Part shown: positions 54,585 to 60,585 of the stretch, in pieces
Position numbering within the stretch: the first letter of the stretch is position 1
Layout: every line of letters begins with the position of its first letter
Sequence record: DRR723986_2358
DNA: 60,585 nucleotides
Strand: one strand, 5' to 3'
Position numbers and translations under genes: made by a program
The notes under the pieces: generated by a model
Seen by the model: the letters and a program-made list of their open reading frames with translations, nothing else
Databases searched by the model: none
What the model was told of the DNA's origin: nothing

Positions 54585-55345
54585 AAGTCGTCGCTGCGCA
54601 TCATGGCGTCCGAGCCGCCGTCCACAAAGAACACCGAGCCACAGACAAAATCGGCCGCATCACTGAGCATGAATTCCATGACGCTGGCGATCTGTTCCGG
54701 CTGGGCGGTGCCGCCCCAGGGAACGCTGTCACCGAAGTCTTTCATTATCTGGGCCATGGCCGGGTCTGCCATCACCTGCTGGGTGAGCGGGGTCATGGTG
54801 ATACCCGGCGCGACGGCGTTGAGGCGCACACCCGAGCGCGCGTAGTCGACAACATTGCGCCGCATCCACACGGTCAAAGCGCGCTTGGAACCCGCATAGG
54901 CCGTATGCCCGTCGCGAGCCTCGATATCCGCACAGGCACCCTCCTCGTCACCGGCAAGACAGGCCTGCACATAGGCGTCGTCAGTGGTTACCATCGGCGC
55001 GGAGTTGGAAGACACCAGGAGCACACTGCCCCGCTTTTTCGCGACCAGGTCACGCAAGCCCTCTACGGTCGCCACCACACCGAAGTAGTTGACCTTCGGA
55101 ATCAGCGATAGCGGCGAGGCCACCGGAGGCAGGCCCGCACAGGGAATAAATCCGTCGAGGCCGTCGGGCGCGCGCTCGCGTACCCCATCGATTGCCAGCT
55201 GGCGGCCCTCGGCGGTGGACAGGTCAGCGATGATATCGCCTTCCTTGATGTCTACCGAGATTACCTGGTGACCCGCTTGCTGCAGGCTCTTGCGCAGCGC
55301 TCCACCAATCCCCGTGGCGCCACCTGTCATCGCGTAAATACCCAT
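54581..55345 (-). CDS. SDR oxidoreductase, 3-alpha-hydroxysteroid dehydrogenase/carbonyl reductase-like
   Basis: TGGATGIG, ADLSTAEGR, CAG, YAGSK, VRLNAVAPG, VDGG; closely resembles Comamonas testosteroni HsdA as recalled. Confidence 0.8.
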   Translation of the reverse strand: MGIYAMTGGATGIGGALRKSLQQAGHQVISVDIKEGDIIADLSTAEGRQLAIDGVRERAPDGLDGFIPCAGLPPVASPLSLIPKVNYFGVVATVEGLRDLVAKKRGSVLLVSSNSAPMVTTDDAYVQACLAGDEEGACADIEARDGHTAYAGSKRALTVWMRRNVVDYARSGVRLNAVAPGITMTPLTQQVMADPAMAQIMKDFGDSVPWGGTAQPEQIASVMEFMLSDAADFVCGSVFFVDGGSDAMMRSDDF

Positions 55346-55616
55346 TGCTGCTGTTCTCCCGTCGCTTTTTTGTTCAAAGACCGGGATTTTCTGCGAGCGG
55401 GCAGTGCAATAACAGGGCTAAAAACGTCACTGTGCGGCGATGGTGGAAAACTCGTCGGCCGGGGCTAACAGGCTGAACCGCGCCACAGCCGGCAGGCGGA
55501 CGCGCCGGCGCCTCGCGGGGCTGCCTTTAACGAACCGCCTTCAGCCCGGTTTCAGCTAGCGCTGCCATCCTGCGCGCCGTCAAAAAAATCGGGAAACCGC
55601 CTCGCGGCAGCCCCTA

Positions 55617-55645
55617 TTGCCTTATCCGGGTGCCCGATTTACTCT
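55617..55645 (+). promoter_or_regulatory. putative sigma70 promoter of the TonB-dependent receptor
   Basis: TTGCCT-17 nt-TACTCT, ending 34 nt before ATG 55680. Confidence 0.5.
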
Positions 55646-55679
55646 GCGGGAACAATTAAAACTAACGGGGAAGAGATCA

Positions 55680-58085
55680 ATGACCTACCGCGACTTTCGT
55701 GCGCATCCCCTGTGCGTGGCGCTTGCGCTCGCCGGGGCAACCCTCTCGGGTAACAGCCTCGCTCAGGAGAGCAATAATCGCTACAGCCTGATCCTGGAAG
55801 AGGTGGTCGTTACCGCCCAGAAACGCGAAGAAAACTACATGGCCGTGCCGATCACGGTGAATGCCTTTACCGCGCAGGACATGATCAATACCGGCGCGCT
55901 CGAAATCAGGGATATCGACGATTTCATGCCCGGAGTCGAAATCGGCAGTGACTTCGGTGCCGGCAGCTCCACCCAGACCGGTATCTCGGTACGTGGGGTC
56001 AGCAGCCCCAACATCAGCAGCGGCGGGGACCCCTCGGTAGCCACCTTCTACGACGGCGCCTATATGCCGCGCGCAGTAACCTCGATCCCCTTTACCGACA
56101 TCGCCCGCACCGAAGTGCTGAAAGGCCCGCAGGGCACCCTGTTCGGCCGCAACGCGACTGCCGGGGTCATCAACATCGTACCCAACAAACCCAGCGATGA
56201 GTTTGAGGGCTTCGTAAAATCCCGGCTCGGTAACTACAACCTGCTGCGCCTCGAAGGCATGGTCAACGCGCCCATTACTGACAACATCGCCTTCCGGGGC
56301 AATATTTTCAGCCACCAGCGCGACGGCATTACCGACAACGTGGGCATTGGCGACGACGTGCGGGACGAGGGCTTCTGGGCCGCCCGCGGCGTGCTGCTGT
56401 TCAAGCTCTCCGAGCGGACCGAACTGCAGATCAGTGCCGATTACGAGGACCGGGATGAAATGCCCAGGGCAGCGCTCGGCGTGGGCAAATACGCCTACCA
56501 GGGCAACGACGACCCCTTCGCCAGCAAAACCTCCCACGATGTCCGCGGCGGCCAGGAAGAAACCCGGGAAATGTACGGCGTATCGGTCAAGCTCGAGCAC
56601 GAACTCAGCGATAACTTGTCGCTGTTCGGCGTCGCCAGCTATCGCGACTGGGACACCACCAACCTGCAGGAAGAAGACGGCACGCCGGAACCCCGGCGCT
56701 ACCTCGATACCAATAATATCGAGGAATCTGACATCTTCTACACCGAGTTCCGCCTCAACTACACCGATGACCGGCTCAATGTCATCACCGGCTTCAACTA
56801 CAGCGAGGAAGAGGTATTCCAGCGTACCGATATCGGCCTGCTGGCAGACTCCTACATGCAGTTCCTGAGCCTCCTGCTGTTGCCTGAGTTCGGCATTCCG
56901 GCCGACCAGGATACCCACGTATGGGACCTGTTCCCCAACGAGCCCGATGATTTCTACCTGTTCATCTCAGACCTGGCCGGCGTGGCCGCGCTGCCGCCGT
57001 CATTCCAGGATGTGTACTTCACTGAAACCATGGATAACACCGGCGACTTCACCAACTGGGGCGTTTTCGGTGACGTCAGCTACCAGCTGACCGACACCAT
57101 CCGCGTGGCTGGCGGCCTGCGCTACAGCTACGACGAAAAGGATTACAGCTGGCAGACCTACGAATCCACGCTTGACTGGCCGGTCGCACCGTTCCGTGTC
57201 GCCTATGACCCGGCCGCTACCGGCGCCCCCCAGGAGCAGTGGTTTGATCAATTCAGGGCCTCGGACGACTGGAGCAAGGTCACCGGGCGACTGGTCGCCG
57301 ACTGGCAATTCTCCGACAACGCCATGGTCTACGCCTCATACGCCACGGGTTACAAATCCGGCGGCTTCGACGGCCAGCAGTTCGCGTCCTTTGTGACCGG
57401 CGCATTCGACCCGGAGGAAATAAGCAGTTTCGAAGTGGGCCTGAAGGGTGACTTCTTCGATAACACCCTGCGCACGGAAATCTCCGTGTACCACCACGAA
57501 CTGGACGGACGGCAGCGCTCGGTAGACGCCAAGGACAGCCCGGACGACCCCACCTCGCAGCCGACGGTGATCAGCAGCGACGAGGAGTCTGACGGCATCG
57601 AACTGGTCGTCACCTGGAACGTGACTGACAATCTGCGCCTGACCGGCCTCACCACCTACCGTGAGACCGAGTCGGTGGCCCAGAACTACTTCAACTCAGC
57701 GGGCGAGCCTGCCGGTGGTGAAGCCGTGGATTCCCAGTCCAATAACGACTACACCTTGCGCTTTGACTGGACCCCGGAGATCCCCAGCGGCTTCCTGCTG
57801 GTTCATGTGGACTACATCTTCAAGGAAGATCCGGACAGCTACGACGCTGACCAGGCAATCTTTGTCAACGGCCCCTGGTACTTCCAGGACCGCAAGATGC
57901 TGAATGCGCGGATCGCGTGGTCGAATGACGCCGACACGATTGAGGTCGCTCTCTGGGGTGACAACCTGCTGGACGAAGAGTACGCCTCCAACCCCGGCGG
58001 ACTCGCGGCGGATACGCTGGGCGCAACCCACACCAGCATCGCCGACCCCCTTACCTGGGGTGTGGACCTGCGCTACTCCTTCTAG
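55680..58085 (+). CDS. TonB-dependent receptor
   Basis: Signal peptide, TonB box LEEVVVTAQKRE, EVLKGPQGTLFGRNATAGVINI, TGYKSGGF, C-terminal RYSF; start trimmed to ATG 55680. Confidence 0.95.
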   Translation: MTYRDFRAHPLCVALALAGATLSGNSLAQESNNRYSLILEEVVVTAQKREENYMAVPITVNAFTAQDMINTGALEIRDIDDFMPGVEIGSDFGAGSSTQTGISVRGVSSPNISSGGDPSVATFYDGAYMPRAVTSIPFTDIARTEVLKGPQGTLFGRNATAGVINIVPNKPSDEFEGFVKSRLGNYNLLRLEGMVNAPITDNIAFRGNIFSHQRDGITDNVGIGDDVRDEGFWAARGVLLFKLSERTELQISADYEDRDEMPRAALGVGKYAYQGNDDPFASKTSHDVRGGQEETREMYGVSVKLEHELSDNLSLFGVASYRDWDTTNLQEEDGTPEPRRYLDTNNIEESDIFYTEFRLNYTDDRLNVITGFNYSEEEVFQRTDIGLLADSYMQFLSLLLLPEFGIPADQDTHVWDLFPNEPDDFYLFISDLAGVAALPPSFQDVYFTETMDNTGDFTNWGVFGDVSYQLTDTIRVAGGLRYSYDEKDYSWQTYESTLDWPVAPFRVAYDPAATGAPQEQWFDQFRASDDWSKVTGRLVADWQFSDNAMVYASYATGYKSGGFDGQQFASFVTGAFDPEEISSFEVGLKGDFFDNTLRTEISVYHHELDGRQRSVDAKDSPDDPTSQPTVISSDEESDGIELVVTWNVTDNLRLTGLTTYRETESVAQNYFNSAGEPAGGEAVDSQSNNDYTLRFDWTPEIPSGFLLVHVDYIFKEDPDSYDADQAIFVNGPWYFQDRKMLNARIAWSNDADTIEVALWGDNLLDEEYASNPGGLAADTLGATHTSIADPLTWGVDLRYSF

Positions 58086-58097
58086 GGCGTGAGACAC

Positions 58098-58122
58098 GGC
58101 ATCCGCGCGCGGCGCGGATGCC
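58098..58122. terminator. hairpin between convergent genes (possible bidirectional terminator)
   Basis: Perfect 11-bp stem GGCATCCGCGC-GCG-GCGCGGATGCC; no U-tract. Confidence 0.5.
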
Positions 58123-58127
58123 TCAGC

Positions 58128-58814
58128 TCAAACAGCTGCGGCAGGCACGCAAACCGCACCAGCCAGCGGCTGCATTGCCCCTGGATCCTTGTTCCTCGCA
58201 TTGCTTATCGCCCGCGACAGTGGTGCTATTTGCAGGTCGAACTTCAGCTCACTGCGAAATACCGGGTCTTCCACAGCCAGCGGCGCACTGTTGTCCAGCC
58301 AGCGCGCATACTCGTCCGGGGCCAGCATGACCGGCATCCGCTTGTGCCAGGGTTCAAAGCCCGGTGCAGCGGCAGTGGTGACCAGGGTGCAGCTGAGCAA
58401 GGGCGACTCACCCTTTTCCCAGACATCCCACAACGCGGCAACCGCCAGTGCATTGCTATCGTTGCTGATGAGATAGGGCTGCTTGCCCCCCTCCTCGGTG
58501 CGCCATTCGATAAAGCTGCTCATCGGCACAATGCCACGCTGGCGTTTGAAGGGTTGGGCAAAGGCCCGACTGCTGGCAAGGCTCTCGCTGCGGGCATTGA
58601 ACATCGAATACTTCTGGTCCACCTGCGGTGCCCAGGACGGGGTCAGCCACCAGCGGGCGGGCTCAGCCGTGGCACCGTCATCCCCGCCGCGAACCAGGAA
58701 CACCTGCTCCGTAGGCGCGAGGTTGATCCCAGGGGGCAGGCTAAGGTCGATTCCCAGGTCGCGCAGCAGCTGCTGCAGGCCCGGATTGTCGATAACATTG
58801 AAGCGGCCGCACAT
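58128..58814 (-). CDS. SOS response-associated peptidase (SRAP/YedK/HMCES family)
   Basis: Start ATG 58814 gives MCGRF with the catalytic Cys2; NLAPT, FNARSE, FIEW, HKRMPV. Confidence 0.93.
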   Translation of the reverse strand: MCGRFNVIDNPGLQQLLRDLGIDLSLPPGINLAPTEQVFLVRGGDDGATAEPARWWLTPSWAPQVDQKYSMFNARSESLASSRAFAQPFKRQRGIVPMSSFIEWRTEEGGKQPYLISNDSNALAVAALWDVWEKGESPLLSCTLVTTAAAPGFEPWHKRMPVMLAPDEYARWLDNSAPLAVEDPVFRSELKFDLQIAPLSRAISNARNKDPGAMQPLAGAVCVPAAAV

Positions 58815-58974
58815 AGCCACACTGTGCCCAATTCCAGCGCCCCGGGCAACGCGCAGGTTTGCCAAACTGAACCCGCAGCGCAGGACCACCGGAGATAGGC
58901 CCGCCAATCAGCTTTCACCTTGCCTGCCTGCAAAAGCGGGTAGTACCCTGTGCGCCGCTTCCGGAGGACTCACC

Positions 58975-59427
58975 ATGACTGACAAGCCACGGGCCGCGGC
59001 GATCGAGGGCTGGTTCACACTCGATGCCAAACCCCACCTGATAGGCAGCCAGTGCAGCAGCTGCGGCACCTATTTTTTCCCGAAACAGGACCAGTACTGC
59101 CGCAACCCCGGCTGTGACAGCAGCGACTTCCGGGAAGTCGAACTGAGCCGGACCGGGCACATCTGGAGTTATACCAACGCCTGCTACAAACCGCCCGCGC
59201 CCTTCGTCGCCAGCGAGCCTTTTGAACCTTATGCCATCGCCGCCGTGCGCCTGGAGCGCGAACAGATGGTGGTACTCGGCCAGGTGGTCACCGGGGTTGG
59301 CGTCGAAGACCTGAAAGTGGGCATGCCCGTGGAACTGGTGCTGGAAACCCTGCACGAGACCGACGAGGATGTGAAATTGACCTGGAAGTGGCAACCCACC
59401 GATGCCACCGAAGCGGTAAAGGAGTAG
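58975..59427 (+). CDS. Zn-ribbon/OB-fold protein (DUF35, BbsA/ChsH2-like)
   Basis: CSSC...FFP...CRNPGC Zn ribbon, GHIWSYT, LKVGMPVEL; GGAGG RBS before ATG 58975. Confidence 0.88.
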   Translation: MTDKPRAAAIEGWFTLDAKPHLIGSQCSSCGTYFFPKQDQYCRNPGCDSSDFREVELSRTGHIWSYTNACYKPPAPFVASEPFEPYAIAAVRLEREQMVVLGQVVTGVGVEDLKVGMPVELVLETLHETDEDVKLTWKWQPTDATEAVKE

Positions 59428-59431
59428 GCAC

Positions 59432-60585
59432 ATGGCTGGAGAAATCGCCATCCTCGGCGCGGGTATGCACCCCTGGGGTAAGTGGGGACACAATTTTGTA
59501 CAGTACGGCGTTGCCGCCGCACGGGAGGCGCTGGCAGATGCGGGCGTGTCCTGGCGCGACGTGCGCTTCGTTTCCGGCGGCGCTACCGTGCGCTGCGGCT
59601 ACCCCGGCTACGTGGCCGGGGCGACCTTCGCCCAGGCCCTCGGTTGGCAGGGCGCGGAGGTCAATACCTCCTACGCAGCCTGCGCCTCAGGCTCACAGGC
59701 GCTGGCGGCGGCCCGCAACAAGATTCTCGCTGGGGAATGTGAGGTGGCACTGGTAGTTGGCGCCGACACCACGCCGAAGGGCTTCCTGGCCCCGGCCGGC
59801 GGCTATCGTCCGGAAGACCCGGACTGGGTCCGCTTTTACCTCGGCATCACCAACCCGACCTACTTCGCCCTCTACGCCCGCCGGCGCATGGACCTGTATG
59901 GCGATACCCTGGAAGATTTCGCCGCGGTAAAGGTCAAGAACGCGCTGATCGGCAGCAAGAATCCACGGGCGCGCTACCGCAAATGCTTCACCCTGGAAGA
60001 TGTGGCCAATTCGGCGGTCGTCGCCGACCCGCTGCGCCTGATGGACATCTGCGCCACCAGCGACGGCGGCGCCGCACTGATCGTTTCCAGCCTCGACTAC
60101 GCGCGGCGCATCGGCAAGGCCGACGCGCCCCGGGTCGCGGCGATTTCCACAACCACCCCAACCTTCGCCAGCTCGGTGGTGGAAATGCCGGACATCGCCA
60201 CCGACTCGGCGGCGGCGGTCGGCATCGAGGAGCACAGCTTCCGCTCCACCCTGCCCCTGAAAGCCTACGAGGAGGCGGGCCTTGGCCCGGAGGACGTGGA
60301 CCTGGCAGAAGTCTACGACCTGTCGACCGCGCTTGAACTGGACTGGATTGAGGACCTGCAGCTGGCACCGCGCGGTGAGGCGGCTGCCCTGCTGCGTGCG
60401 GGTGACACCGCGGTCGGCGGCAAGATCCCGGTGAACGCCTCCGGCGGCCTGGCCTGCTTTGGTGAGGCGGTACCGGCGCAGGCGCTGGCCCAGGTCTGTG
60501 AACTGACCTGGCAGCTACGCGGTCAGGCGGGGGATCGCCAGGTCCAGGGCGCGAAGGTGGGCATTACCGCCAACCAGGGCCTGTT
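59432..60585 (+). CDS. SCP2-type thiolase / lipid-transfer protein (runs off the window edge)
   Basis: Manual translation from ATG 59432: MAGEIAILGAGMHPWGKWG...YAACASGSQA...ICATSDGGAA...AEVYDLST...VNASGGLACFGEAVPAQ. Absent from the ORF track because it has no stop in the window. Confidence 0.9.
   Translation, partial: MAGEIAILGAGMHPWGKWGHNFVQYGVAAAREALADAGVSWRDVRFVSGGATVRCGYPGYVAGATFAQALGWQGAEVNTSYAACASGSQALAAARNKILAGECEVALVVGADTTPKGFLAPAGGYRPEDPDWVRFYLGITNPTYFALYARRRMDLYGDTLEDFAAVKVKNALIGSKNPRARYRKCFTLEDVANSAVVADPLRLMDICATSDGGAALIVSSLDYARRIGKADAPRVAAISTTTPTFASSVVEMPDIATDSAAAVGIEEHSFRSTLPLKAYEEAGLGPEDVDLAEVYDLSTALELDWIEDLQLAPRGEAAALLRAGDTAVGGKIPVNASGGLACFGEAVPAQALAQVCELTWQLRGQAGDRQVQGAKVGITANQGL

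Noticed and set aside
55346..55679. Cobalamin or TPP riboswitch, or Fur box, before the TonB receptor
   Set aside because: Could not find the conserved B12-box, TPP core (CTGAGA) or a GATAATGAT-like Fur consensus

Overview
GC-rich (roughly 60-65% by eye), gene-dense chromosomal segment of a gammaproteobacterium. Gene content and style suggest a marine Cellvibrionales/Halieaceae-type organism, but this is inference, not a database result. Bases 1.5-19.9 kb hold the conserved core cluster on the minus strand: rpsB-tsf-pyrH-frr-uppS-cdsA-dxr-rseP-bamA-skp-lpxD-fabZ-lpxA-lpxB-rnhB-dnaE, with its t44/rpsB leader RNA and extended -10 promoter. Divergent from it is map-glnD-dapC-nth. The rest of the window contains a K+-dependent membrane pyrophosphatase, a reduced acyclic-terpene (atuA/C/E/F-like) carboxylase operon, yffB-dapD-dapE, rsmJ, ltaE, a ThDP enzyme, dapA-bamC-MBL and an Mla/Pqi-type MCE ABC transporter. 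At the right end is a lipid/steroid-catabolism-like group (HsdA-like SDR, TonB-dependent receptor, DUF35 + thiolase-like protein) with an SRAP gene in the middle. I found no rRNA, tRNA, CRISPR array, transposase, integrase or phage genes, and no clear-cut new multi-gene system. The best leads are two stand-alone class III nucleotide-cyclase-like proteins with non-canonical motifs, a terminator-like structure in the map leader, the non-canonical thiolase/DUF35 pair, an atypical 5-Cys Nth cluster motif and a LexA-box-like site before the SRAP gene.
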